From: Octopus sinensis
Taxonomy: Eukaryota
Reading direction: 5' to 3'
NCBI RefSeq assembly: GCF_006345805.1
Contig: NW_021835125.1
Location: 14,290-78,289 of the forward strand
Length of the DNA: 64,000 bases
Shown: one piece after another, positions 13,420 through 26,567 of the stretch
Position numbering within the stretch: position 1 is the stretch's first letter
How the letters are laid out: the number at the start of each line of letters is the position of its first letter
Program-made: the position numbers and the translations under genes
Notes under the pieces: model-generated
The model's database searches: none
Seen by the model: the letters and a program-made list of their open reading frames with translations, nothing else
Told to the model about the DNA's origin: nothing

Positions 13420-14461
13420 GGTCAAACGTTGGCCAAGGTTGGGTGTTTGACAGCTAGAATGTTGCCTGGCGCTCCCTGTATTGTACCAGCTGCACAGAAC
13501 CGTTAGCGGGAAAGCATCCCAAGATTTCTATAGGGGTCTAGTTGAGTGTATGAGGGATGATCGCCTAGGATTGAATCTAGGCATCGATGAGAACAGTCTG
13601 AGTAGTTTCTTCCAGAGGAGCTTCGGGTCGAAGATCATAGACAATTTTTAAACGTTTTAGTCTTGGCAGTGCTACAGAGATTTATTACCCGTTTGAAACA
13701 ACCTCTTCAGTTATGGAAGTGCCAACAGCCGAACCTGCCCGAAATGCTTGCAGGGGGACGAAACGGTCCTGCATTCAATAAATCAGTGTCCGTGAATTAG
13801 AGACTTATGAGATTGTGTGCAGCAGCTGTTGTCGCCTGAAGACGAATTCACCTGTCTGACGAGTGTATAGCGAAGATCGATGCACCACTTTTCATTAGCA
13901 GAGATGGAAGTCAGGTCTTACCCTGATTGGTGGCTGTTGCAAAAGAGGCTATGTGGAGGACCTGCCCGAAAGGTTTGAAGACAGGTACATATCTATCTTG
14001 TCAAGCCCTAATTAATTTCTTCAAATAACATTTGAAGAGGAAGGTGATTGTTGAGAGGGAGGTGCTGCCTTCTAGTGTGTTTATCAAAAGATGGTCAACA
14101 GTAGAAAGACTGGTGCGACTCAATGGATCTACTCTGAATATGCTTTTCTAAGCAGGAGGAAAGAAACTGCAAGACGTCACAGGGATAACTCTGCCTTGGA
14201 GATTGCAGAGTTATCCCTGATTTTTGTGTGGGGATTACCCCGTATTATACTAAGTGGATTGCACCGATATTGCGGATTTTATTCGTCTGTTTATTAATTA
14301 TTTCTCTACTTCCTATTATATATCCTCTGGTATATCCTTTAATGTGGCAGTATCGCCCCTTCATTGATGATAACCGAACATTGTTTTGTAATTCGTTTCT
14401 CGTGTAATAACTCGTCCTTCAATATTGTCCTTCGTGTTTTGAGCTCCTGTGAACAATAAAA

Positions 14462-14462
<1 letters not shown>
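13420..14462 (+). mobile_element. Decayed Tx1-like LINE ORF2 C-terminus and 3' UTR, followed by (ATT)n
   Basis: FYRGLVE..DDRLGLNLGIDE, TCPKCLQGDETVLHSINQCP (CCHC finger) and LINFFK*HLKRKV, homologous to 50070-50700. AATAAA at about 14455. Confidence 0.8.
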
Positions 14463-14516
<54 letters not shown>

Positions 14517-15069
14517 CTAGAAAGGATTATTACTATTATAATCATTATTATTAATAGTAGTAGTAGTAGTAGTGGCGGTGGTGGTGGTGGTAGTGGTAGT
14601 ATTCATTCTGTTCATCATGTACAAGTGCGCATGGGCTTCATCATCATTTTGTTTTATTCAATTTTACAAATAAAAATTAATCATATCTTTGAGAATTCCG
14701 GAGGGGCGTATTGTGCATACATTGTGCGTGATTTTTCGCCCATATATTTGTCTGCATGTGTATATATGTATACTTGATATACACAGGAAGAGGAATTAAG
14801 AAAAAAAAGCAAACGCTGATAATAAATTGATTAAAATATCGGGTGTTGATAGAGAAAGAGGGATACTGACTAACATATAAACGTTGGCAGAGGGAAAGCA
14901 ACTTGCTAAGTGAGCGAGATGGAATATAGAAAGATAGATATCTCAGGTAGTATAAATATTCAGAAAAAGAAAAAGTTTCCCATAATCAGCTACGGTATAA
15001 AGACCATCATCGTCTTCTAAAAACGGACTTCTGACGCAGTCAGAAGCCGCAAAACATGGCGATTGTATT

Positions 15070-15304
15070 AAGGTGGCGAGCTGGCAGAAGCGTTAGCAAG
15101 CCGGGCGAAATGCTTTGCGGTATTTCGTCTGTCGTTACGTTCTGAGTTCAAATTCCGTCGAGGTCGACTTTGCCTTTCATCCTTTTGGGGTCGATAAATT
15201 AAGTACCAGTTACGCACTAGGGTCGATGTAATCGACTTAATACCTATGTCTGTCCTTGTTTGTCCCCTCTGTGTTTAGCCCCTTGTGGGTAATAAAGAAA
15301 TAGG
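15070..15304 (+). mobile_element. SINE family C, monomer
   Basis: Same head and central domain as 12021-12438; tail TTTGTCCCCTCTGTGTTTAGCCCCTTGTGGGTAATAAAG. Confidence 0.9.
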
Positions 15305-16004
15305 TTGTATTAAATCGATCAAGTCATGGCTTTTTCATGACTAGTATTATCGACTCTGGACGGATGAAATCGATGTTGAACTAACTCAGATTTGAACTCC
15401 AATTGAAAATAGCTGTAAATAACTCCCTAAGCCATTTCCATCAAAAATCTCATCTAACTTTCAGCCACATAACCGGGTGACATAACACGGAATACATATT
15501 AGCAAGAAAAATGAAAGAAAAACATATTAGCATAGCTTGAATTTCTCCTAGGTTTTTGCTTGATTTTAATTTATCTTTCAAATTGTGTACATGCGCACAC
15601 ACAGATACAATCGTACTCACTCACTCACACCTCCCTCTCATATATTTTAGTACCTGCTCAATAACTAGAATAACATGTGAATAAGAAATATATGGTAGAG
15701 TGGTTATATTTTGGTATGAGTGTGTATATGTGTGTTCACGTGCATGTATGCGTTTATGTGTGTATGTGTGTGCGTGTGTGTGTGTGTGTGTCTGCTACGA
15801 AATGCGTCCCCTATTTCTCTTTTCTTTCCTCTTCTTATGAGTCTTTTTATTCCCCCTTTTGAAGAAAGTTTGACAACAGAAACGTTAAGACGTTTTACAC
15901 TCAAATATGTCAAGCGTTAACTTAATAAGATATGCATCAAATTTTGAATATTTGTGATATCGTTCTAGTGTTAATTGATCTAACAATATATGCGTGGGGA
16001 TACA

Positions 16005-16520
<516 letters not shown>

Positions 16521-17290
16521 TTTATTAATGAATGCATCTTAGTATGCATGTAGGCGTGTATATGCGTGTGTATGCTTGTATGCTTTAATGATTTGTGTGC
16601 ATATGTTTAGAAAACAGATCTTTTTTAGATTATCTTATTCCGCACAGACTCAAACATCCGATATATATACATACAGTGAAAGCGAAAAGAAAAGGGGAAA
16701 ATATATAACACTCGAAAATGCATAAATAGTATCAGAACCGTCCACCGAACGACAAGGGTTATAAATTATTTATATAAGGGGATACTGTTCTTTTTTCATC
16801 TTGTTTTTCGAAATATTTATGCAATGACATGCATTCTGATGTTTATAGAAAACATCAGAACCTATACGTATAAGAAACAGGCTTACCTAACTATGAATAT
16901 AGATTTCTAATACACACCGAACCTATTTAGATCTGTTGTCATTCATTCGTATATAATTTGATAGGGAAACGAGGCAATGCAGATGTAGAAGCGGTCATAT
17001 AATAATTCAACATTATTGCAGTTGAAATGGAGTTTAACCCAATTGAGATTTTGAAAACATGTAACTTCGGATGATGAAAATGGCTGATGCGTAAAAGAGA
17101 CCACCTCCTTATCTCAGAATTTCATTTCCAAATTATACATAGATTCCTTTGTGCATTCTGGTTAGCGTTTATCAAATCTTTTCTTCATTTTGTGTACTTA
17201 TCTGCGTTTGTTCGACTTATTAAGATGGAGGCACAAATGACTATAATCAGGAGATCATTCCATATTCAAGAAATCAACGTATACTTAATT

Positions 17291-17606
<316 letters not shown>

Positions 17607-17811
17607 TGCGCGCGCATGTGTGTGTACAGAGAGAGTCATATATACAGACAGAGAAAGGAAGAACTAGGTAGCTAGATGGATAGATAAACAGATAGATACA
17701 TGAAAATAATACATATCTTAAAAATACATATATATATATTTTTTTTAGTCTAGCTATATATATGTCTATCTATCTAGCTCTTTCTCCATTTTTCTGTCCG
17801 TTTGTCTGTCA

Positions 17812-18282
17812 GACAGGGCGCTGTCAATGTTTATTGAGCAAAAGCATCTAACCCTTGAGCATGTAAACCGGCCATATCCGGCCAAAAGTATTCTGCTTGT
17901 TTTATGTTCAAACTGGCCAGATCTGGTCTCTTACACCAACCCTACAATATCATTTTAAAAATTAACGGTTACCTCATCAAATTCTCATAGCTACAAGATA
18001 ATGCATGATTAGTTCAAAACAATGTGGATGAAGAAGCATTAATTTTGGTAGAATAATGCAACACTACGAGGCTCCGGCAGGGGATGGTGACGAACCCTGC
18101 TCTACTCTTTCACCGCAACTTTCTCTCACACTTTTTTCCTGTTTCTTTGGTACCTGTGTTACAAAGGGTAAGCCTTGTCACACTCTGTGGAGTGCTCAGC
18201 CACATGCACGTTAGTTTCACGAGCTGGCTGTTCAGCTGATCTTATAAGCAGAACCCTCGTCGTCGTAACCGACGGAGTGCCA
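17812..18282 (+). mobile_element. SINE family A (tail 1) interrupted by a roughly 210-bp insertion at 17851-18060
   Basis: Matches 328-368 before the insert and 372-640 after it. The insert begins (C)TAACCCTT, resembling a piggyBac-type MITE left end; the right end is not evident. Confidence 0.7.
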
Positions 18283-18459
18283 CAGCTATATTTTGGAAAG
18301 CGAAATCCTCCCCTATGTAGTGTTGTTTCCTTTCATATTGACATTGTTGTTCCTTCCAGACAGTTGTTCGTTCCATCAGAACGAGTTGCCCCGCAGAGGC
18401 AGTTCTGTTTTGGAGCATCGTCCATTGTTTCAAATGGAATTCTCAACCTTTCTGTAGTC

Positions 18460-18860
18460 TTTTATTCTTTTGCTTGCTTCATACATTTTGACTGTGGCCA
18501 TGCTGAAGCACTGCCTAAAGAGTTTTTAGTCGTAGCAGTCTACCCCAGGACTTATTCTTTGTACGCCTAGAACTTATGCTATCGGCCACTCTTGAGGAAC
18601 CGCTATGTTACGGGGGAGGTAAACACACCAGCATCGATTGTCAAACGATGGTGAGAGACAAACACGGACACAAACACGCACGCCACACACCACACACACA
18701 CACACTTATACAACGATCTTCTTTCAGTTTCCGTCCTTCAGACTCACTCAGAGTGTTTTGGTCAGCTCGAGGTTATAGCGGAAAACAGTTGCCAAAGGTG
18801 CCACGCAGTGGGACTGAACCTGGAATCATCTGGTTGCGAAGCAGGCTTCTTACCTCACAG
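18460..18860 (-). mobile_element. SINE family B, diverged
   Basis: GGTGCCACGCAGTGGGACTGAACC and CTTTCAGTTTCCGTC are reverse complements of family B. Confidence 0.8.
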
Positions 18861-19019
18861 ACACATCAACAACATTTCACTCGTGGTTTCGGCGGTTTTG
18901 CGTGTAGGGTTGCATCGGTCAGCATGGTTTTGCGTCTCTGTAATAATTGCGGTCGTATTTTAATGTTAGTGATTTTTTTTTTATGCGCTAAGAATGTTGT
19001 TCATCTTTGGATCCTTATT

Positions 19020-19213
19020 GATTAGTTAGTTAGTTATTTGGCTCAAAAGCAATGCAAGCCATGTAGGGGCATGGAGTTAAGTAACGGTGGTGTTCATGTA
19101 AGAGTTCAGGCCACTTGAGGTCAGGGAGGCTTTGAACAAAGCGGGGGATCGTCGGATCTTCACCATCTCGTCTGGCAGCTTGTTCCACGGATCCGCACCC
19201 GGACGGAGAAAGC
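19020..19213 (-). mobile_element. CR1/L2-type LINE 3' end with (TAAC)n tail
   Basis: Minus strand, with frameshifts: FSVR.ADPWNKLPDEMVKI...LFKASL.LKWPEL, a typical CR1/L2 ORF2 terminus, then a short UTR and AACTAACTAACT. Confidence 0.75.
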
Positions 19214-19214
19214 G

Positions 19215-20605
19215 GATTATTAGAAGAATTATATGCCTTTTTGTTTCTCGGATTGTTGGTAGAAATGACGGGTAATATAAAATGATACTGTAATCCGCCG
19301 GAAGCATTGTCTGTTGTTTCTGAAATATAACGTGTCTGGAATGGCACGACGATGCAGAGTAGACTCTACCAACCGATATAAATATTCTAATCATTCATAG
19401 TCTAATATAGTATTTCGGAATATAAAAAATTCTTCAGATATTGCTAGGAATTAATGGATTCACTGTTATAATCCGTTTTCCAACGGTTACTGAAATTTGT
19501 CAGTAGCGTCCATGCAGTGGACTCACGAAGCTCCTTCCGGAATTCCTCATGGGAAGTGCGTGAGGGTGGTCATGTCTGGAGCTCGTGTGTGTGTGTTGGT
19601 ATATCCGCAGCGCTGCTTCCAAGTTATTTATTACATGTGTATTCCGTTGTTATACATGTGCATGTTACAATGGTGCATGTAGAGTGTCGATGTTAAATAA
19701 CATAGCGATTGTTAATTTCCAACCTGCTGTTTTTTGAGGGCCTTAGTTTGTCTTTGAGGATTCCTTAATTCTTAACTTTCCTAAATTTCTATAATTGGCC
19801 TCAATTGTGACTATTATGTTTTTTAGGTGTTCTGGCATCTGTCTCGATGTTTTCTAAAGGTGGAGTCTCGTGTGTTTAGATGTTCTTTGATGTGAATGTG
19901 TAATGATAAATTGGATTTGAATATCGAATCCAAAATAACAAATTAGTATCGGATTTGAATTATGTGTTGTGTTTTATCCCACCTTCTGTTAGTGGGAATG
20001 GGTAATATAAATCGACGAGTATTTTTTAATGTTCCTCAAGGCGTATTTTCATCAAATCCAACCGTTCAAAACAACTTTGCTAAATTGAAAGGATATTCAT
20101 TTTCATGCATTTACGATAAATATGCGTTAAAGTGTATGTATACCTTGGAATCAATTTGCTTATGGTGTCTGTTTCAATTCGGTTATTGACTTTTTTCCGA
20201 AGATATATAGAAACAGAAGTTGACCTTTCCTGTATTCCATAGTGTTTGCAACACAGAACTGTGTTTCATTTCGTGTAATTTTTCCTTATCTTTCATTCCA
20301 TAGAATGAAGCAATCATCTAAATACCTGTTTCATTTCTTTCTTATGTATAGTTAAACGGAGTTGCCATATTTTTGCAGTTATTCTTCTAATTACTACATT
20401 ACTAGGTTAGCAAAGGCACCGACTGTATTTATTCCCATCGCAATTTGAGATTTGTATCTGTAGTAATTAACATCAAACGTGGAGTATTTAATTTTGAAGA
20501 TAGGTTTTAGTACATGAATTATAAATTCTTTGTGAACAGTTTTCCTATCAAGGTTTTATTGCTTCCGTTCCATATTCGTAGGAGATTTTGGTATACAAGT
20601 TCACC
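19215..20605 (-). pseudogene. Decayed Penelope-like reverse transcriptase region
   Basis: Minus strand fragments: YYRYKSQIAMG..., FANLVM, NRYLDDCFILW (20300-20330), TMEYRKGQLLFL...KKVNNRIETD, PFNLAK, LPVISTNNPRNKKAYN. Confidence 0.75.
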
Positions 20606-20607
20606 AT

Positions 20608-21105
<498 letters not shown>

Positions 21106-21289
21106 CTGTCATGGCTGCTTGGCCACAATCATCCCTATGGCGGTCAGAGCTCGCTCTGAGCGACATTGGGGTGACTGTCCACTGCAAGGAGGCCCACAGT
21201 CATCGCTATGGCGCCATTAGGGTCACTCTTGTCTTGTCTTGTCTTGTCCTGCCTTGTCCTGTCCGCTCTGTTCCGTTCCATTCTCAAAA

Positions 21290-21896
21290 AGAAAATAGAC
21301 TTCGTGTTATAAGAACTGATTGAATATGCGTTAGAGGACCAAAGTTTGGTAAAGAGGAGGTGAGATATTAAAGTGTGTAAGTAGCAAAGGAAAATGCGGC
21401 AAAGCCACTGAGCCACCACGTGAATATAATCCTTCTGCCCACATACCTGGGACAGAGAGCGCCCCACATAAGGGTTGGAGGCATACTGCCGGAAATAGAC
21501 GTGGTGCGGATAGCGTCTGCCATGTTAGCGGGAAATGAGGAAAACATAACAGTGTTACAGGCCACGACGGAGGACTGTACAATGCGGAAGGGTCAGGTCC
21601 TCAACATGACAATACAAGCATCAAGGGAAATCATGGAGGACAAGGCAGAGGAAAAGTCACAGGAAGAGATGGTACAGAAGGAAGACGAGGAAGAAAAGAG
21701 AGAGAAAAGAAAAAGGAAGAAAAGAGACAGAACTTTACACCCAAAACCCACCCACATACCCTCATCGTCCCACCCTCGTCCTGCACACACTGACACCTCC
21801 CAGTCCCGTCCATCTCAAAAACAAAAGAAAACGCACGTACACAATGATTCACATACATCCCCCTCCCCTCCCGTATTCTTACACTTGTTTCATTGA
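21290..21896 (+). pseudogene. Tx1-like ORF1 homolog fragment
   Basis: IILLPTYLGQRAPHIRVGGILPEIDVVRIASAMLAGNEENITVLQATTE aligns by eye with ORF1 LQLTPSYRGQKVTKITLNNVPKIANNLWLVKALCVKMEDFTILETTVTE. Confidence 0.55.
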
Positions 21897-22157
21897 TGAC
21901 GACAATTTGTTTGGAAAGGTAAGCAGAAAGAGAAATGTAGTATATGTATATGACGGGGAGGATAGTGATGCGGATATTGTTATCGGAAATGCAAAAGAAG
22001 GAATTAGAGGGGTATGAGGAAGACTATATAAATATAAATACATACTTATCTATATATGCATACATACAAACATACATACATACATACATATATATATATA
22101 TATAATATATATACATATATATATATATATACATACAAACATACATATATATATATA

Positions 22158-22472
22158 GGAGGAGACCCCTTCGGTCATGAATGACTGTGGGATTGCACCT
22201 AGAAAGTTACCCTCCGAGGCACAAGTCTGGGCAAGGTTTTTTTACGGAAGGCTAGCAGTCGCCCATGCATACCAGTCTCCCCTCTCCACACCACTGATGT
22301 TATCCAAGGGAAAGGCAAAGGGTCCGATACAGCTTGGCACCAGTGATGTCGCAACTCTATTCTACAGTTGAGTGAACTGGAGCAACGTGAAATAAAGTGT
22401 CTTGCTCAAGAACACAATATGCAGCCCAGTCCGGGAGTCGAACTCACAACCTCAACATCGTAAGCTCGATGG
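22158..22472 (-). mobile_element. tRNA-derived SINE, family D
   Basis: Minus strand B box GAGTTCGACTCCC followed by GTGTTCTTGAGCAAGACACTTTATTTCACGTTGCTCCAGTTCACTCA, a conserved SINE central-domain-like sequence. Confidence 0.7.
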
Positions 22473-22473
22473 T

Positions 22474-22527
<54 letters not shown>

Positions 22528-22606
22528 CATATAATTATGTGTGTGTGTGTGTGTGGTGTATATGTGTGTGTGTATTTTGGGGGAAAGAAGAAAATAGAGC
22601 AATAAT

Positions 22607-23462
22607 GGATGTATGAATAATTTATTTGTATGTTATAAAAAGATGAAAATTTATTCCAAAGAACATAATACAAATATATTGATTAAAACTTGTAAATCTC
22701 TAACAATAGAATAATAGAATATATTTTTCTGTACTATCAGAGAGTTGATGAGAAATTCCAGGCATTTGGTTAACTGCTACGAAACGTAAAATGTTCTAAC
22801 TTTGTGGTGGTATGACTTCTTGAGGGTCAGAGCCATGGAAATTAGGCTATCATTTTTCTTTTGAAGTATTTTACAGCGTATGTTTAGAAATTCTGAACAA
22901 ATAGGCGCAGGAGTGGCTGTGTGGTAAGTAGCTTGTTTACCAACCACATGGTTCCGGGTTCAGTCCCACTGCGTGGCACCTTGGGCAAGTGTTTTCTACT
23001 ATAGCCTTAGGTTGACCAAAGCCTTGTGAGTGGATTTGGTAGACGGAAACTGAAAGAAGCTCGTCGTATATATGTATATATATATATGCGTGTGTTTGTT
23101 TGTATATCTGTATTTGTCCCCCTAGCATTGCTTGACAACCGATGCTGGTGTGTTTATGACCCGTTACTTAGCGGTTCGGCAAAAGAGACCGATAAAATAA
23201 GTACTGGGCTTACAAAATAATAAGTCCCGGGGTCGAGTTGCTCGATTAAAGGCGGTGCTCCAGCATGACCGCAGTCAAATGACTGAAACAAGTAAAAGTG
23301 TAAAAGAGTAAAAGAGTAACTAGGTGAGAGGACTGAAACATATATGTAGGTTCTGTTATTTTACTGTCAGAGATTCACAACGTGTCATCAATTTATTGGT
23401 ACTGTTGTTTTTAAACAAATGTTTATCTTTTTATAACATACAAATTAATTATTCAAACATAC
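22607..23462. mobile_element. Old MITE-like element with diverged roughly 110-bp inverted ends, interrupted by a SINE
   Basis: GAATAATTTATTTGTATGTTATAAAAAGATG ... TTGTAAATCTCTAACAATAGAATAATAGAA (22615-22720) is the inverted match of 23350-23455. Confidence 0.6.
22902..23318 (+). mobile_element. SINE family B, full length
   Basis: Homologous to 2199-2614. Confidence 0.9.
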
Positions 23463-23621
23463 ATCATTTCTCAATTTTCTTTTTTTTCTCTCATTGCTGA
23501 TAATATATAGATTCAACAATCCCTAACATATACCAACGACGTTCGCATTATATAATAGGGATTTATCAGTGCAATACCTTTGATGATTTAATCCCTAATG
23601 CGGATATAACCTCCTCAAAGT

Positions 23622-23653
<32 letters not shown>

Positions 23654-23763
23654 TCTATATATTATATATTTATATATATAAAGTTAATCCAACAAGAAAA
23701 CAAAAAAACACCAACAACGCGAGGACGTGAATAAATATATATTATTGGACTCTCAGGAAAGAG

Positions 23764-23796
23764 GTTTAACGTTTCGAGGGGAGCTCTCGTCGGAGA
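23764..23796 (-). ncRNA. Minimal hammerhead motif, degenerate copy of 25496-25530
   Basis: Minus strand: TTCT-CCGACGA-GAGCTCCCCTC-GAAAC-GTT-AAAC, within repeat 23683-23800 flanked by (TA)n. Confidence 0.55.
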
Positions 23797-24724
23797 AGGA
23801 AATATATATATATATATATATATAATAATAATATGGGTAGATAGAAATATGGGTTTTATTTGTACGTATGAGTGCGCAGATATATATTTAAATATATATA
23901 TATATATATATAATATATGTGTGGGCGAAAGTTCCCTGACACAGTATAGGAAAGTGTTAATATTTATGCGTATATGCGGATGTGCGTGTGAGTGTGTGTG
24001 TTAGTGTTAGACACTGCTGCCTGTACTGATATGTCTATAAGCCATACGATGACAGATAAGCACTTTCCAATTAATTGTAGAGGTGTGTCGGGGTGTATTC
24101 ATGTGTGTGTACATGTGTGTGTGAGTCTCTGTGTGGATGTATGGGTTTAGGGTTAGATGTGGATGTGTGTGTTTTACTTGTACGGTGTGGTTGAGGTCGG
24201 GCGGTTCACGATTGACCAACTGTGAGGAAGATAATGATCATTTTAAATTCAAATCCAACAGTGTATTTATGCCATAAGGAAAATTATTAACTGGAACACG
24301 GACATACATATATTCCGCTCTGGATCATAATGTAAGAGTTATTAATAATATTTTGAATGATAACAATGATAACATTAATGGTATTGACAACGATAATGGT
24401 ACTAACTTTAATGACACTTTAGAAATTATTATGAAGTAATATAATGTACTATTGACTATGTATATTTGCATCTAGGTATTAATTTGTGTATGTTTATTAT
24501 CACAATAGTAAATCGAAAAACTGAGACATTGAATGTGGAACACATATATATGTTTACTAATTTATATTATTTATTTATATCATTATGTAAATGTATATTT
24601 TTATATATATAGGAGTGTGAGTATATGCACTCATATGTATATATATATATATATATATATGTTGTATTGTGCGGAAGCACCCACACCCATGTGGGTATAT
24701 ATGTTGACTGAGTTATATTACATA

Positions 24725-24851
24725 ATCTCCGAAGAGGCCTTGCGATATTTTTGTTAATGTCTCATTTATATCTATATATTGACCAACCATAAAGGGCTAA
24801 TATTGGTAAAATGAGACATAATTATCGACATGGCCGAAACAGCTGTAAGAT
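24725..24851 (+). ncRNA. Hammerhead motif with long helix II insertion (U4C variant)
   Basis: ATCT-CCGAAGA-GGCC-[about 90 nt with ATGTCTCATTT/AAATGAGACAT stem]-GGCC-GAAAC-AGCT-GTA-AGAT. Palindromic helix III ACAGCTGT. Confidence 0.7.
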
Positions 24852-25119
24852 CTAATATACTTATATTTATATTTACTTGTATTTATATTCTCTTTTATAC
24901 ATATTCTACTTATTATACAACATTACTCATTTATGTACACTTTTTTATGTACATTCCTTTATGTACACTGATTTGTTCTGCTTTTTATATTTAACCCTAC
25001 AGTCTCTTATGTGGTGGTTTAATAAAGTATGTGATTGAGTATTATCTGGTAATTGATATTTGATTTAGATGTATTTCTCCATTTTCTTATCTTATATATA
25101 TATATATATCTGTGTGTGT

Positions 25120-25355
25120 ACGTGAGTGTGTGTGAGTCTGTTCGTGTGTATGTTTGCCAGACCTCATCATCGCTAGACAACAGATGCTGGTGAGTTTACG
25201 TTACAGTAACTCAGCGGTTCGGCAAAGGAGTCGATATAAGAATTACTAAGCCTACAAAGAATAAGTCCTTGGGTCGATTTGGTCGACTAAAGGCAGTGCT
25301 GAAGTATGGCCGCTGTCAAATGACTGACCCAATTAAAAAAATTAAAAGAATAAAC
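25120..25355 (+). mobile_element. SINE family B, 3' half, diverged
   Basis: GACAACAGATGCTGGTG ... GTCAAATGACTGA. Confidence 0.75.
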
Positions 25356-25495
25356 GAATATATATATGTGTGTGTGTATGTGTATGTATGTATATATATA
25401 GTTAATCCAAACAAGAAAACACAAAAAACACTAACGCGTGGACTTGGAACAAATAAAGTATTATTGGACGCTCAGGAAAGAAGGGAAGAAGGAGG

Positions 25496-25530
25496 GTTTA
25501 ACGTTTCGAGCGGAGCTCTTCGTCGGAAAC
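25496..25530 (-). ncRNA. Minimal type I hammerhead motif (U4C, extra A after A9)
   Basis: Minus strand: GTTT-CCGACGA-A-GAGC-TCC-GCTC-GAAAC-GTT-AAAC, within repeat 25400-25612 flanked by (TA)n. Confidence 0.7.
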
Positions 25531-25745
25531 AAAGGAGAAGGAAAGATCCCGAGAAGGGACGACAGAGGAAAAAAAAATTGCTGGCGGTGCTCACGAGGTC
25601 CCATTTTGAAAGATATATATATATATTATATATATATGGATGGATGGATATATCATGAAATCAATGTGAATCTGTTTTATTAACATATCACTTATAGTAA
25701 AGGTTTGGATTTATACATTTATATAGTTTATATAAACCATATACG

Positions 25746-25804
<59 letters not shown>

Positions 25805-25807
<3 letters not shown>

Positions 25808-26287
25808 CATCGCCTTAAGATAGCTATTTGACACACAAACTGTGTCCATTATAACCTTCGAAGAAGGGAGGTCAGCCGCTTCACACTGCCAGTCAGACAG
25901 CTACAGACGCGTTTCAGGGTATTTGCCCTTTGCCAATGTAGCGTAGTCAGACCCCGCAGGTGTCGCCACTGATCGTCTCTGTTCGAAGGTTTTATTTACC
26001 TAGTTTCGGTGGAATACATCCACTTGTTTTCAATAATACAAATATTAAAATTACTAAGTCTCTCTAAAAGATATTACGGCAGCGTTACTGGAAATGAATT
26101 GCTATCGCCATATTAATATGGCAGTCTTATAGATATAAGACTAAAAGCTGTCGCTGATTAGCTCCATGAGGCCATCACCTTAAGATAGCTATTTGACACA
26201 CAAACTGTGTCCATTATAACCTTCGAACAAGGGAGGTCAGCCGCTTCACACTGCCAGTCAGACATCTACAGACGCGTTTCAGGGTAA
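25805..26287 (-). mobile_element. Retrozyme-like 365-bp tandem repeat (1.3 units) carrying a hammerhead
   Basis: GGCCAT at 25805 and 26170 and GACGCGTTTC at 25906 and 26271 give a period of 365. Homologous to 31887-32597. Confidence 0.85.
25900..25942 (-). ncRNA. Hammerhead motif, U3:A8 family (this copy has A6G)
   Basis: Minus strand: GCTACA-TTGGCAA-AGGG-CAAATA-CCCT-GAAAC-GC-GTC-TGTAGC. Confidence 0.7.
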
Positions 26288-26567
26288 TGGCCTAGTGGTT
26301 AGGGCAGCGGACTCGCGGTTTCGATTCCCAGACCGGGCGTTGTGAGTGTTTATTGAGCGAAAACACCTAAAAACCTCCACGAGGCTCCGGCATGGGGGGT
26401 GATCCCTGCTGTACTCTTTCACCACACTTTCTCCCACTCTTTCTTCTGTTGGCCTGCTCGCTTAGCCAGCGGGGTGGCTTCATTCGAAGGCTAAAACAAT
26501 GCGAACGCATTGTGACCAGCGATGTGTAACAACATCTGATGATCTGGTCGGTCACGTGATCACGTGA
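26285..26567 (+). mobile_element. SINE family A, tail type 2
   Basis: ATGGCCTAGTGGTTAGGGCAGCGG head; ends TCACGTGATCACGTGA(TA)n; matches 12971-13276. Confidence 0.85.

Noticed and set aside
25805-26287. CRISPR array or LTR pair
   Set aside because: No short repeat-spacer pattern and no TG...CA ends, PBS or PPT; a permuted 365-bp monomer explains it better.
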